Origin: Octopus sinensis
Taxonomy: Eukaryota
Direction: 5' to 3'
Length of the DNA stretch: 64,000 nt
Assembly (NCBI RefSeq): GCF_006345805.1
Contig: NC_043000.1
Span: forward strand, 17,050,001 to 17,114,000
The notes below the pieces were generated by a model. That model was not told the origin of the DNA. It searched no databases and saw only the letters and a program-made list of their open reading frames with translations. The position numbers and the translations under genes are program-made. Shown in pieces: positions 35,280 through 49,260 of the stretch. Every line of letters starts with the position of its first letter. The first letter of the stretch is position 1.

Positions 35280-36639
35280 ACCGATGACTGACCCCCCCTC
35301 TCCGCAGAGCCAAAAGACACTTCAGCCCCCGACAATTATTGATATGCGACAAAACTTGGGTGAGGCCTCAATGTTTTTCTTAAATATGGATCGGGATTAC
35401 TGCTACACACACGAATCCAAGACCACATGCATAAAGTCACTCACAACTACGATCCGGCTACGAGCCCATTGCCAGCTCTGTCATTTCATCCACTTAATAA
35501 ATGGCCTCCACTCTACGGAGGTGGTTGGGCCCATGCCACACCCACATAGGTACTTCCGTTCCATTCGCACTCTCATCTTTTCAGCATCCAGCACCTAGGT
35601 CCCTCACTAATTACTACGTCTAATCCTTCTTTCTGAGAATGTCGGCCTGCTGGAATTCCCTTGCAGCCCATACCTTACCTAGGTGTTTGACTTAGCAAAG
35701 GTTCAAGAGGAACATTGATATCGTCAATTTCACCCGCCTGGGAAGGGCCGCGAATGGTATGGGAACTGCTCCTTTCTCCAGATCATACAAGTGAAAAAGA
35801 AAATTATCCTATGGGTCACTTCTGCTTCTGAAATAGCAGGGTGTGATTTGAGGTAGATTTGGATGCTATTTCTAGGAGGTCAAGCTACCAAGTAGAGGCT
35901 CTCTCGTAACACGCAGTGACTAGATTTGATAAGAGTACTACTATACATACACAATTATGTAAAAGTAAACAGCAATTATCCAGTCATATATCGAACGGTA
36001 AAATGCTGAATAGCCAAAATTTTCTTTCACAGAGAGAGAGAGAGAGAGAGAGAGAGGCAGCAGAAGAGAAATACTTCGTCCAACATGAAATATTTCTTTT
36101 ATTTCAGCTTTAAAACTGTCAAAAACTCGTGGGCTGTAGCAGGATAGTTGTCTGGAATCGAAATGGAAAGAAAGAACGAGCGCCTGAGAAGAATTGGCTT
36201 AATGCTTTGTCTCTTCATATGAATTTTTATTGTCTGGGGAGAGTCATTCTCTTTTAGTGCCTTAATATTTAACACACTCGCCGGTTCGATTGCCACTCAT
36301 TCATACATATTTATTTTGTCTAAAATTTTCGTTGTGTCTTGCAACCTTTTCAATAGTCGTTGAATGAAGTTATAGTTATAAAAGGGCCTGTTGTTAGGAA
36401 ATACAAGAAGTGGGGTCAGTTTAAACCTTAAAAGGTTAGCTAAGAATAGAGACTGGACTTAAATTTCACCTTTAATACCTAATAAGAAAGGTAGATCTCG
36501 AATAACTACCGCCGAAATGCAATATATATTTTTTATATATCATAACAATTGAAAACTAAGTTTTGCACGGATAAATTTACTGATATTCTTTTATCTACTG
36601 TAGAATCGTTTTTCGTTTATTCTCATTTTTTTCCAGTAT

Positions 36640-36677
36640 GTTTCTTGACGAAGAATCACAGTTTGAAACGTTCAAAC
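36640..36677 (+). ncRNA. Degenerate minimal hammerhead motif
   Basis: gttt-C(T)TGACGA-agaatcacagttt-GAAA-CGT-TC-aaac; one extra T in the core; AACGTT palindrome. Confidence 0.45.
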
Positions 36678-36821
36678 TTGCAGTTTCTTCTTCCCACACA
36701 GTTTAACAAGACGCTGAGCAACAAGCAATAAAATAGGCGCCAAGCAACAAAACGGGCCTCAAGCAACATTTTAATATATTGAATTAATGAGAAGCTGCCC
36801 TAAGAACAAAAAACGATCGCA

Positions 36822-37190
36822 GATTTAAAAGAATTAGAATCATATTTATCTGAGAAACAAGGAAGGCCCGTAAGACATGATTTTACAGAAGGGGACACCA
36901 ATAAAGAAAAGACGACCCACTCGATTAGTAAACCTTAAGAGGTGATTTTAAAAGAATTAAAATCATATTTATCTGAGAAAAAAGGAAGGCTCGTAAGACT
37001 TGACTTTACAGAAGGGGACAACAATAGAGAAGAGACGACCCACTCGATTAGTAAACCTTAAGAGGTGATTTTAAAAGAATTAAAATCATATTTATCTGAG
37101 AAACAAGGAAGGCTCGTAAGACTTGACTTTACAGAAGGGGACAACAATAAAGAAAAGACGACCCACTCGATTAGTAAACCTTAAGAGGGT
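36822..37190. repeat. 123-bp tandem triplication
   Basis: ATTTATCTGAGAAA recurs at 36844, 36967 and 37090. Confidence 0.9.
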
Positions 37191-38212
37191 GATACAAGAG
37201 AAAAAAAGACCGGCAAGATCAAGGACTATCAGAGTATTTATAGAGTAGAGATAAAGAAGCAAATGTTCCGGCGATAAGTGGAGCTGAAGTTTTAGCTGCC
37301 GAAACATGATGAAAAAAATTACTTATGGCTACTAATAAAATAATTTATCAATCTGTATTTAATAGCTTTTGATTTCGTAGACTGTCTACCTGTCCAAAAC
37401 AAACCATCATGAAAAATGGTAGCTGCAGTACTTTCTTTAGCACCCTCATCCACATCGACTCTGATCGAGCAGACGAGTGGTCAAGGGCATTCCAGATATG
37501 ACCACTTCGTTTTATTTCCAGGAATAACGTACTCCGTATTACGTTATCCTTAATTTTTTTAAATGTAAAACCGCCGTATGTGGTGCATTTAACTGCTACT
37601 TCCAGCAGATAGGGTGTCCACAAAAAGGCGTCCTGGTTGCAATAGGAGTTATAACATTGATCAACTCATCCCCTACGCGTCCTAGATCGGAACATTTGGA
37701 TAAGATAACAGAGAGAAACTAAAATAAGGCAAATTAATGCAATAATTGAAAAATTCTTTAGTTCTAGGACAGACCCATGATCAAAGACGTTCCAGATGTG
37801 TGCACGCTTATTTTCTGACACCTGTGGAAAGATGTGTTCTTCCTTTTCTGGTTTAGCTCCAAGTTAGCCCTTTATTAATCAGCCATTGTCACCTATTCCT
37901 TTTTGAAAGGCCTGCGCATGGCTGTGTGGTTAAGAAGCTCACTTCGTAATCAGGTTATTCCAGGTTCGGTTCCACTGCGTTTCACCTTTGTTCTTACATA
38001 GCCTCCTAGTGTTGGTCGATGCCTCATGAGTGAAATTTGACAGGCGGAAATTCTCTGTGTGGAGGGACAAAATTTTATCGTGTTTACTCTCAACCGAAGT
38101 AAGGCCCTATAACCTCACTACCGTCCTCCCGGTCCAAAAAAAAGAAAAAAGAAACTTGCCTCTCATTCCACAAAAAAAAAAAAAAAAAATTCGAATGTGT
38201 GTGTGTTTACGC

Positions 38213-38442
38213 TGGCGAGCTGGCAGAATCGTTAGCACGCCGGGCAAAATGCTCAGCGGTATTTCGTCTGCCGCTACGTTCTGAGTTCAAATTCCGCCGA
38301 GGTCGACTTTGCCTTTCATCCTTTCGGGGTCGATAAATTAAGCACCAGTTACGCACTGGGGTCGATGTAATCGACTTAATCCCTTTGTCTGTCCTTGTTT
38401 GTCCTCTCTGTGTTTAGCCCCTTGTGGGTAGTAAAGAAATAG
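38213..38442 (+). mobile_element. Meta-like SINE, near consensus
   Basis: Full-length match to the family. Confidence 0.88.
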
Positions 38443-39097
38443 ATATAGTTTATGCTGTTGTCTGAAATAAGAACTGGGATCGATCCGATTGACTAAATCC
38501 TGAAAGGCAAAAAAAGTATCTCGGATCACATCATTCAAAGTTTCCTGCTAAGAGAGTGATGAAGGAAATCCGGCAACTATTTCTAGCACACGGAGCGGTC
38601 GCTTAGAGGCTAGCTTGTTGGTCCCAGTACTGTTGCAAGTTGACTCGGTTTCGATTTCCATTTATCTTGACCTACCAAAAACCAGCAAACAACCCATTTA
38701 TTACACTCGTTGCCGCCACCACTATTGCTTGAATGGTATGGTTATAGCTACTAATACTACAATTATCATTATTTTCAATATTATTTAGGACAGTGAATCA
38801 GTACGCACATTTTATACTGACATAGACATGTCCATATATATATAGAGAGAGAGAAAGGGAGCGAGATATCTATGTGTGTGTGTGTGTAAGGTGCGTACGT
38901 GAATGTCGCTGTCATTGTGAAGACAAAACATCCAAAGCTACTTTCACTGACAATTTTGTCAGTGGGATGTCCTAGTTCACTCCCAAACACTGAAAGATTT
39001 GCGTATGTGGGTGACATGACCGCACAAACAGCCTTTCATTTTAACACAATGTGACCCAGTAGACAGATGTGTAAGTATATACAATATACCAACCAAT

Positions 39098-39290
39098 GTG
39101 ACCTCCTCTATCTACCCCCACGCTTTTATCATTTTTTTGTGGCGGTTTTTAAAGGACGATAGTTCTGATTTGAGAGAATTCATGGGGTGCCGAAATTGCA
39201 GAAAGGAGTCCGATGGACCTTACGTGTGTGTAATGCAAAAATTTCCGTCCAGTTACACTGACACACTGATTCTGTCAAGGGGACACTGTA
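39098..39290 (+). pseudogene. Possible Tc1/mariner transposase C-terminal relic
   Basis: FIIFLWRFLKD...RGH resembles the FFLWGFLKD...GGH C-terminus; weak similarity. Confidence 0.35.
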
Positions 39291-40427
39291 CCTGTGATTC
39301 AAAGAGCGTAAATTCCACCTGGGATTTAGTACAAATAAAGGTACAAATGCATGTAAAATGTTCAATCAACCACATATACTTTTATTCAGTTGATTGAATA
39401 ACTGGAACAATCATCGTTGAAACTGACGGAGATCCAAATCCATTTACTTTAACACTACATGTGAATGAGCGTTTTTGTTGTTATTTAAGTGGTCACAGGT
39501 CAATTCTGACCAAATAGATGTGACCAATCCGCTTCAATTATGATCATCTCATCTTATTTTCAGACAATATATTCAAAACAGTTTTTTTCTTTCTTAAGAT
39601 GGCAATACGTGGGCCATGGGAAATTTAGCTGCCATTTCTAGCATGCTGAACGGCTATGTAGCGAGGCTCACTTTCTCTCTGTGTATGTGTGTGCGAACTC
39701 GGATGTGTTGCGTATTTAAAATTCAAATATTCACGGCGTGACAGAGTCATTTTAAAACATTCGGAGTTGTTATAAGAGGCGACCTAATACAGAATTCATC
39801 ATCGCTCGTCCCAGCCGGGCAACATTCTTCACTCATTCAACAAAAATGCCGTCATACACTACGAACCAACAAGGATATCCCTACTTCATAGGGTGTGATA
39901 GGAAAGCATTTTGGATACTATTTCTAGCAAGTCGAGCGGTCGTCTTAAAAAGAAAATACATTTAATGTCTTCCTGGATATCTCCACCTACAAAAATCAAG
40001 AATGCCCTCATCACCACATCATCCAGTGGTTAAATTTCATTTAATAAATTAAGGTGTCCACTGTTACGTTGTTTATTATAAGACAGCGTCGTATTACCGA
40101 ATGCTTGGTCATTAGAATCAATTTTACTGACATGAATGTCAGTTAAATTCCAACAACCTCTAAGACACTTTCTTTTAGCTGAGCATTTAAGAACCGCTAA
40201 AAAAAAAATAAAGACACTTTATTTATTTCTTGTTTGAATATGAAAGAATACATTGTAGGTGAGGGGTATCAACCGTCTCAAAATCCCAATAAATCGAGCC
40301 AACGAACGAGTCTTTACATGGGCGCTTGATCTTAGAAATAGCAGCCACCTCAACACACACACACGGCATACTGGATTCTGTGGCCTTAGACATTAGGACT
40401 GCTCGATCGGACAATTCATGTCTAATA

Positions 40428-40655
40428 TATTTCTTTACTGCCCACAAGGGGCTAAACACAGAGGGGACAAACAAGGACAGACAAAGGGATTAAGTCGATT
40501 ACATCGACCCCAGTGCGAAACTGGTACTTTATTTATCGACCCCGAAAGGATGAAAGGCAAAGTGGACCAAGCGGAATTTGAACTCAGAACGTAACGACAG
40601 ACGAAATACAGCTAAGCATTTCGCCCGGTGCGCTATCGTTTCTGCCAGCTCGACC
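40428..40655 (-). mobile_element. Meta-like SINE
   Basis: Reverse-complement full-length match. Confidence 0.85.
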
Positions 40656-43019
40656 CCATAGCCCATAATCACAACAGATTCGTTGAGTTGACAATTTAGC
40701 TGACAACTTGATCCGTCGCCCGGTTTGTTGACACCACCACTGCTTGGCACTTTAGGTGCCTTATATTACGGAATCCGGTCTATTGCAAGCATTCGGACCA
40801 GATCTACCTACGGTCTGATGAAAACCTACTCCCACCTGTCCCGGGAACGTTGAAAAGATTCACGCGTGCCGCCACTCTTCCTCTTCTAATTCAATCAACA
40901 GAAAAAAGGGGGAGGGGTCAGCTCTTCTTATCCTGATACCGGCTTGATGTACCTGTTTCAATATTCATTGAGCTAACAAAATCGTTGCTGCATCGGATAA
41001 AATAGTGGAATTCTTTCCAACTCTATAGAGCCCGAATTCAACTTTGCCTTTCATTCTTTTGGGGTCGATAAAATAAAGTATTAGTCAAGTACTGAGGTCG
41101 GTATAATCGGTTTGTCCCATCTCCTCGAATTGCTAGCCTTGTGCCAAACAGAAACGGTGCCTCCAACGAGCTTCCCTACAGTTTCTGTCGACCAAATTCC
41201 ATTCTTTGTGCTTTGGTTAACCTAGACGAGATTTTCTCAAAAACACTACTCAGAAAGTGATGTAAATGCACAGTGACATTCATTCCTATCCACCCATGCA
41301 TGAGCATGAAAAGTAGTTGCCGAGAGGGGGATCCCATGGGCTTAAGGGTCCAATGGTAATCCATGTATGCTATGGTTTGTGGTCAATACACACATATATA
41401 TATATATAGGTCTCAATGCATAGCTTTGCAACAGGGTAATGTTGTTAAGAGAGCTCTGAATCTACCCAGCTGTAAATATAGTTTTTTTTAGATCATAGCC
41501 AAAGAGCAAGAGCTCTATACAATTCTTCACTCCTCACACAATTGAATTGAACAAATTCTTCTACTGGTACAACCATTAACAGATCCCAGACTTATAATGG
41601 CAACATAAATGAGAAATACTAAATATACGGACTGTTCTGAAAGCAGGAGACTTGTTGAAGTGACCGTGAAAAGTATCATGGGTGGAAGAATTTGGAAGGA
41701 AATGCCAAATTGCTTACAATGGTTGTTTACAATAAGCCTGAGACCCATTATAGGCTCCGGAAATATGACCATCACAAGTTCCCTCAGATTCCATGTTTCT
41801 GAGTAGTTCTATCCCAGAGTAGTTCTACTCAAAATGGTATGGCAAGAGCAGTACAATGATTAAAGTGACAAAGGTTTTGTTAGCTTGAAATAGAGAAAAA
41901 AGATATTACCTGCATTGACAGGTGTCCTAACTTAAAGACAGATATATCTCATGACCTAGCACAAGAGAAACTTGAATCATACAACACAGTCCAATGACAT
42001 TCCAAGTTCAGGATGGTCAACTGGTGAAGATATTGGACTACTTGCTTGTAAATCACAAGATCAAATCTACTACAGGCATTTTGTTGGATTATTTAACAGG
42101 ACATTATATTCTACATTACTTCAGTTCACCTAAGGAACCATCTTGGAATGTTACTTATACATTAGGGTCTATACTGTGGGAGATTTACTTTTTACCAAGC
42201 AATCTGTAGTGGCATAGTATATTCTACATTGCCTCAGTTCACTTAGCTGTAGTCAGGAATAGTCTTTTATTCTGCGCAGGTAAAAATTCTGCTTCATGCT
42301 ATAAAAGCAATGATAAGCACTGACCTTAACACAGAACTTGTAGTTAATAAAAATATTAGCACATAGAATAAAGGAGATGAGGGGGTGGGGAAGAGCCTAT
42401 GGCTTTCTGTAGGACTTTGCTAACCAATCTATATGGTTAATGTTCACCCTGAACTGTTGTAGGCTGGTGAATGTAAGAGAAACACAGGCAGAAAGTGAAT
42501 TTTAGAGGGATGCAATTCTAAGCAAGAAGGATTGGATATAGATTTTAATATAAGGTTTGGTAAGTAAGATGTGGTAAGGGAGTGGTGGGATTACGAGAGA
42601 TAGGGGTTGATGAATTAAGTTTGGTGAGATGTTAAGACACACATGCTAGTTCAGATAAACAGATAATACTGCTGCTGCAGTAGTAGTAGTAGTAGAGACA
42701 GTGAGAAGAAACAGAATGCCTATGAGCCAATGGTTGTAGTGTGTTGGTGAATGAATCATTCCCAATCAGCTGAAGACCTTCTTTTGGATGTGCTACAGTG
42801 TGTGTGTGTGTGTGTGTAGCCAGTAGCACTGTCCCAAATATATGAGCAACCAATAGCGTTATTATGTGTGTGTATGTGTGTATACATACATACATATATA
42901 TATAAAGACAAACTGGAGTGTCTCTGAATAGTTTTGTTTACTGCATGTCTGATTATATTTCAACTAATTAAATAATTTCTAATACTTCTGCCCACACAAC
43001 TACTAATAATATCTTGGCA

Positions 43020-43330
43020 GTGCTACAGCCCTCAACCTGTGCAGACCTTTTGTGTTACTGAACCAAGACATTCTGTACTTGTTGGATTTTTGCACACAAA
43101 TGTGTTCCTTGTAAATACAAATGCCTTACTTAAACTTCAAGGGCTTGTAAGGGTCACTGCTTAGTTCTGCTTTTATGATGTTATGGATGAGAGATATCAA
43201 GTGGCAACCTGCAAATACTATTTTCTCTGCTGACTAGAGGTACGAGATATCAGAGTGTATCCCCAACTGAGATACAAAGATATCGTTAAACACAATTTGA
43301 GATAGTACATTAACACAAGTGAATCACAGC
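43020..43330 (+). pseudogene. RTE LINE 3' ORF relic
   Basis: Translates ...PQLRYKDIVKHNL..., resembling the RPKLRYKD.LK.NL motif. Confidence 0.5.
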
Positions 43331-43505
43331 AGGTCAAGATAGTAAACCTATGGAGAGGAGCAATTTATTACTGATACTTCAAGTTGAGACTACATATCTA
43401 GATAGTCAACCTATAATAAATATGGGAAAAATCTTTCTGTAGACAGATCATCGGTATCACATCTGACTTTCCCTCAGATTATCTAGTAGCTATTCCTGAC
43501 AATGT

Positions 43506-43805
43506 GGAGGAGCAATGGCCCAGTGGTTAGGGCAGCGGATTCACGGTCAGAGGATCGCGGTTTCGATTCCCAGACTGGGCGGTGTGTGTGTTTATTGAGC
43601 GAAAACACCTAAAAGCTTCACAAGGCTCCGGCAGGGGTGCTGGCGACCCCTGTTGTACTCTTTCGCTACAATTTTCTCTCACTCTCTCTTCCTGTCTTTT
43701 GAGTAACTCTGCGACGGACTGGCGTCCCGTCCAGCTGGGAGGAACACCTACACCACAGAAACCAGGAAACCAGGCCCATAAGCCTGGCTAGGCTTGAAAA
43801 AGGCG
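43506..43805 (+). mobile_element. tRNA-derived SINE, family C (A-type head plus V-domain-like tail)
   Basis: Same head as family A; tail contains GCGACGGACTGGCGTCCCGTCCAG, which is V-SINE-like. Confidence 0.8.
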
Positions 43806-44155
43806 ACGTTTATCGTTTTTATTCCTGACAATGACAGACAATGTGGAAAAAAAAAACTGATCTATAACAGAAACACTGTTTTCTGATTAGAATGTTATCT
43901 ATGATAGGTAACAATGCAGAGATAATCAGGTACTTATTACCTCTAAATAAAGTAGATAAATAGAAGCAAGTAGATAAAATATTCAACCCAGAAACATTAT
44001 GAAATACCTGCAGTATATTGCAGTGCATGACTTATAATTTCTCCATTGCACTATTTCACTTCTATGGAATTTTTACATCAAAGACTATATTTTCTATTTG
44101 TGCTATAGTCTTGAGAACTGTATATTAATTAGGCTTCACTGATGGTCGAATAGTG

Positions 44156-44458
44156 GAGGTGCAATGGCCCAGTGGTTAGGGCAGCGGACTCGTGGTCAGA
44201 GGATCGCAGTTTCGATTCCCAGACCAGGCGTTGTGTGTGTTTATTGAGCGAAAACACCTAAAGCTCCACGAGGCTCCGGCAGGGGGTGGTGGCGACCCCT
44301 GTTGTACTCTTTCACCCCAACTTTCTCTCACGCTTTCTTCCTGTTTCTTGAGAAAACGCTGCGATGGACTGGCGTCCCATCCAGCTGGGGGGGAACACAT
44401 ACGCCACAGAAACCAGGAAACCGGGCCCATGAGCCTGGCTAGGCTTGAAAAGGGCACA
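44156..44458 (+). mobile_element. tRNA-derived SINE, family C
   Basis: Second copy, with GCGATGGACTGGCGTCCCATCCAG. Confidence 0.82.
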
Positions 44459-46321
44459 AGAGAAAGAGATGGTCTAATAAGACTGAAATACATATGGTCT
44501 CATCACCTCTGCCTCCAAAGCTCTAACGAAATCCTTCACTTTTGCATATCTTCATTTAATTTCTACTTAACTAAAATCCTGATGTTTTCTTACTTGCATA
44601 TTTGGAGAAGAATTCTTCCATTAATGCTAACGACATCTCTTTTCACTATATATATAATTCCAATTGATTATCGATAATTTTTAGTTCACTACATTAAGTG
44701 AACTAGTACTTAACTCCGTGAACGTACGCATGGTGCATTTGTTATTTATTACAAGTGCCCCATGAGTATAGTATAGTGAGTTCGGGGTTCTCTACCTCAT
44801 CTGAGGCCCTTGAATTAAGATAATTCTCAATCAACGATAGCTTTAAAAGTGGTATAATCAGAAGAAGAGTACTGCCTACACTAACTACTCTGTAAAAGAT
44901 CACATCTGGTTAGCGCAATATTGTATACATGTAGGTTAATGTGTCAGCTTGTGTATGTGTGTGTATACACGAACATACCATCCTCAATATTCATCATGGC
45001 TAGACATTTCTGCAGTATGGAAAATTACTATTCAACTGTGAAATCAAACATCTTCAGATTTATTGTGCTTTTTAACCAATATATGTGCATGCATGCTTGT
45101 TATTGATTAAGGCACTTCACTACTTGAGTCTCAAATAACTCATGAACAATCTCTTAGCCTACTTAGGAACTCTTATGTCATGCTAGACTCTTGTTGTTTA
45201 ACCCCAGGACAGCCCTAATCCTGTAGGCCTATGGCCAAAAAAGATATTTCAGCAGTAATCATCCAAACTTTTATATATACACACATATATTTAAAACTAC
45301 ATGATCCAATGTAATCCTATAATTTTTGTTAGTCAGTAGGACGTGATTTGCAAGGGATTGGGTTAACCTTTTCCACATGTTGACTAACCACACAAACTTG
45401 CTCTTATTAGCTCAATTTGGTATAGTTAGTATACACAGTATATAACATTAAACACTAAAACTCATATTTGTGGACTAACAGTCCAGAATTCAAATCGTAC
45501 TAAAATATAGTCAGTTATGATCTGTAAGGTAAGTTAATTTTAGTTATTAAAAAGAAAGGTGGTTTGTATATAATTCAATGCACAAGGCCTGAAATATATA
45601 TATATATATATATTTCTTTTATTGGGGGTACAGCTAATAACACCAACACCCACTAACTGACTGGTACTTATTTTATTGACCCTGAAAGGATGAAAGACAA
45701 AGTTGGTCTCGGAAAAATTCGAACTCTGTATATAAAAAGGTGGAAGAAATACTGTTAGGCATTTTGCATGATGCTTTAACAATTCTGCTTGTTCTACTTT
45801 GGTTTGCATATCATAAAACCAATTTTGATAAATAATTCAGATTCTCCAAATTATTTTACTTGACTACAGCATTTGAAAGTAATTGTGCAAGACTGCACAT
45901 AACAATGTACACATCTGGTACAGTTACTTCATAATTCTTCCATCACTACTTCAGCAAGTACAGTGATAGCAATTCTTTGCTGGTGAGGTCAGAATAATGC
46001 TAAACATGTCTAGAGTGGTTACTCATGCCAGAAAAAAAAGAAAGCTGAATACTAGTAGTTACCTAATATTGTTGTTTGTTTCCCCGCCCCCTTTTTTGCA
46101 TAACTATTTCTAGTTATCTTGTTCAATGCTCCCTGCATTAAATATGTCAACATGAACTTTTACTAACATCCTGATAACGGCTGTTTTGACACAGTGCTTC
46201 GTATCAACGTCACCTTCCAGTCTTTCAAGGCTGATTAAGCAGCTCTGTTTCTTTTAAAGCATCCTGAAGATGTGTCAGTCACAGTCACTTATATTTTTCC
46301 TTCTTTGCCTCATCAAATAAA

Positions 46322-46665
46322 TCATCATCATCATCATCATCGTTTAACGTCCGTTTTCCGCGCTAGCATGGGTTGGATGGTTCGACCGGGGTCTGGGAAG
46401 CCAGGGGCTGCTCCAGGCTCCAGTCTGATCTAGCAGAGTTTCTACGGCTGGATGCCCTTCCTAATGCCAACCACTCCGCAAGTGTAGTGGGTGCTTTTTA
46501 CGTGCCACCTGCACAGGTGCCAGGGGGGGGTCCGGCTTCGGCCACGATCGGTTGGAGCTTTTAACGTGCCAGCGGCACGGAAGCCAGCCAAGGCGGCGCT
46601 GGCAACGTTCGGATGGCGCTTTTTATGTGCCACCGGCACAGAAGCCAGTCGGGGCGGCGCTGGCA
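46322..46665 (-). mobile_element. SINE family D
   Basis: (CAT)n tail and GGATGCCCTTCCTAATGCCAACCACT domain. Confidence 0.8.
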
Positions 46666-48059
46666 ATAAATGAATAAATTGATATATAAAATCTGGATTA
46701 GAGGATGAAACTAAAAAGAAAATCACTTTTTCAATAGCAGATAATAAGCCCAGAGAAAATGGTTGAGTAGTTAAGATATTAGACTACTTGCTCTTAGGTC
46801 ACGGGCTCAAATCCATTGCTAGTATTTCATTGTGCTTGTGTGACAGAACAATATATTCTAGATCAGAGATTAACGTCATCCCAGGCAGGTACCAATCCAA
46901 TAGAATTCACATTTCTACCTAGCTCTTTCCCTAGAGACAGCTGGGAGTTTGAGGGTATAAAGTTTTTCCCATGTAATTTACATGGCCTATAGTCATGGGT
47001 TCAGTCTGAAGAACCCCTCAGTTCATCTTATAAAGAATTGGTACCTAGGAATGTTACCAGTAGTAACCTGTGATAAAGAGTTATCTTTCAGCCATTTAAG
47101 GTCATACTACCAACACCACTGCCACAACTGGTCCGCCACCATTACTACAACAGATGTTATGACTGCTATTACGGTAATTGATGCTTGCAACTTCATACCA
47201 CCACATTATTTATCCTAAGTCCATATAATAACCTTGGTAATGGGATCATAACAACACTGCCACAGCTAGTTTGTATAACCCCATATCCCCGCTACAATCA
47301 TATCACGACTACTAAGCTATTATTACCACCACCACCACATCTACTATTAACAAAGCCAGACAAGGGTGCAGTCAAAACTTAAGATTCACTACACATACAT
47401 GCGCATACAGTGAATGCATACGCAGCTAACATTTTCCACACTAGTAAACCAATGCATTTAATCGTTACAACACAATATATGTTAAACACGTACACACACA
47501 CACACAAACACTATATATGAGAGAGAGTGGGGGAGAAAGAGATGCCATACCTATATGATTGTACACAAATATTTGTGTATTTACACGAAGGCACACCCAC
47601 CCGAAGTTCTGTGTCTATGAAGTATATAGCTGGAAAAGACACACCCACGGATGATACAGTGAAAAAAAAAAGTCCCGTATACCGAGAGAGGCACAAAAAA
47701 TAGTAACCTAGAAATTTGACCGTTCCGTGTCTCACAAATATGTTTAAAGAAATCTATATGCTACGAATTAACAGGACTGATATGCCAAAAGCATGGCATG
47801 AGCGAATTCAAAGATCCAATCTTCGGTAAAGCGACAGGCTTATAATTTCTTTATTTATTTAATATTAATAAAGATTTAAGAAGCAAAGTCAAACATCCAT
47901 TTATTATTATTTTTTTTTGAGGGGAGAAAAATGCAGATGATTAAGTCTACCCCCAGTACATTACTGGTACATTATCAAAGCTGGAACGATGTGAGTCGAA
48001 GTCGAACCTAGGCGGGATATGAACTCTCAACGAAAAGAACACAGATAATTCTTTCAAAT

Positions 48060-49260
48060 ATGAAATGGACATAAAGGTTAAATTTTAGGGGGCAGGGGCT
48101 AAGTCGATTACATAGACCCCAGGGAAAGGATGGGTGTTTTTGTGGGGGTACAAAAGGAAGTCTTCCCCCCCCCCCAGTACTTGACTGGTACTTATTTGAT
48201 CGACTCCGAAAGGCTGAAAAGTAAAGCTGACCTCGGTGGAATTTGAACTCAGAACGTAAAAACGGACGAAATGCTACAACGCATTTTGTCCGGTGTGCTA
48301 ACGATTCTTTCAAATCGCTTTTCTACTCTAGGCACAAGGTCCGAAACTTTTGGAGAGGGAGCCAGTCGATTAGATCCCCAGCACGCAACTAATACTCAAT
48401 TTATCGACCCCGAAACGATAGAAGGCAAAGTTGACATCGGAGGAATTTGAACTCGAAACGTGCAGACGGATGAAATACAGCTAAACAATTTGACCGGCAA
48501 GTTAACGATCCTGCCAGCTCGCCGCCTTAATCCTTTCTACTATAGGCATAAAAGGAAGGGATAGTCGATTACATCGACTCCAGTACACAACTGGTACTCA
48601 TTTTATCGACTCCGAAAGGATGAAAGGCAAAGTCGACCTCGGCGGAATTTGAACTCAGAACACTGAAAGACAGACGACGAAATACTGCTAAGCATTTCGT
48701 CCGGCGTGTTAACGATTCTGCCAGCTCGCCGCTTCAATAATAATAATTCTTTCTACTATAGACCCGAGGCCTGAAAATATGAGGGGAGGGGGTTAGTCGA
48801 TCACATCGACCCCACTTCTCAACAGGTACTTATTTCAACGACCTCGAAAGAATGAAAGGTAAAGTCGACCTCGGCAGTATTTGAACTCAGAACTTACAAA
48901 CGGACGAAATGCCGCTAAGCATTTTGCTCGGCGTGCTAACATTTCTGCCAGTTCAAGATCTGAAATTTTTTTAGGAAGGGGGTTTAGTCGATCACATCGA
49001 CTCCAGTGCTCAACTAGTACTTAATTTATCGACCCCCAAAAGGATGAAAGACAAAATTGATCGCAGTGGGATTTGAACTCAGAACGAAAAGCACCCCCCC
49101 CCCAATGTTCTAATGATTCCCCTAATTCACTTACCTTTGTGCCTCTATGTTTGTAACATAGGCACAAAGGTGGTGAAATATTGAAGAGAACAACAGATTA
49201 AATCGACCCCAATACTTGAATGGTAATTCATTTTATCGATCCCAGGAAGAAAGGTAAAAG
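48060..49260 (-). mobile_element. Cluster of about six diverged, co-oriented Meta-like SINE copies
   Basis: Recurrent ATCGAC...GAAAGG.TGAAAG..AAAGTCGACCTCGG.GG.ATTTGAACTC motifs every ~170-220 bp. Confidence 0.75.

Noticed and set aside
35284-35720. Possible L1/Tx1 endonuclease relic on the minus strand (IVVVSDFMHVVLD)
   Set aside because: Only one weak motif with multiple stops; insufficient to call
40815-40870. CTGATGA...GAAA spacing
   Set aside because: No stem II or stem I pairing
41410-42300. Possible decayed LINE endonuclease region
   Set aside because: Similarity is too faint to support by eye
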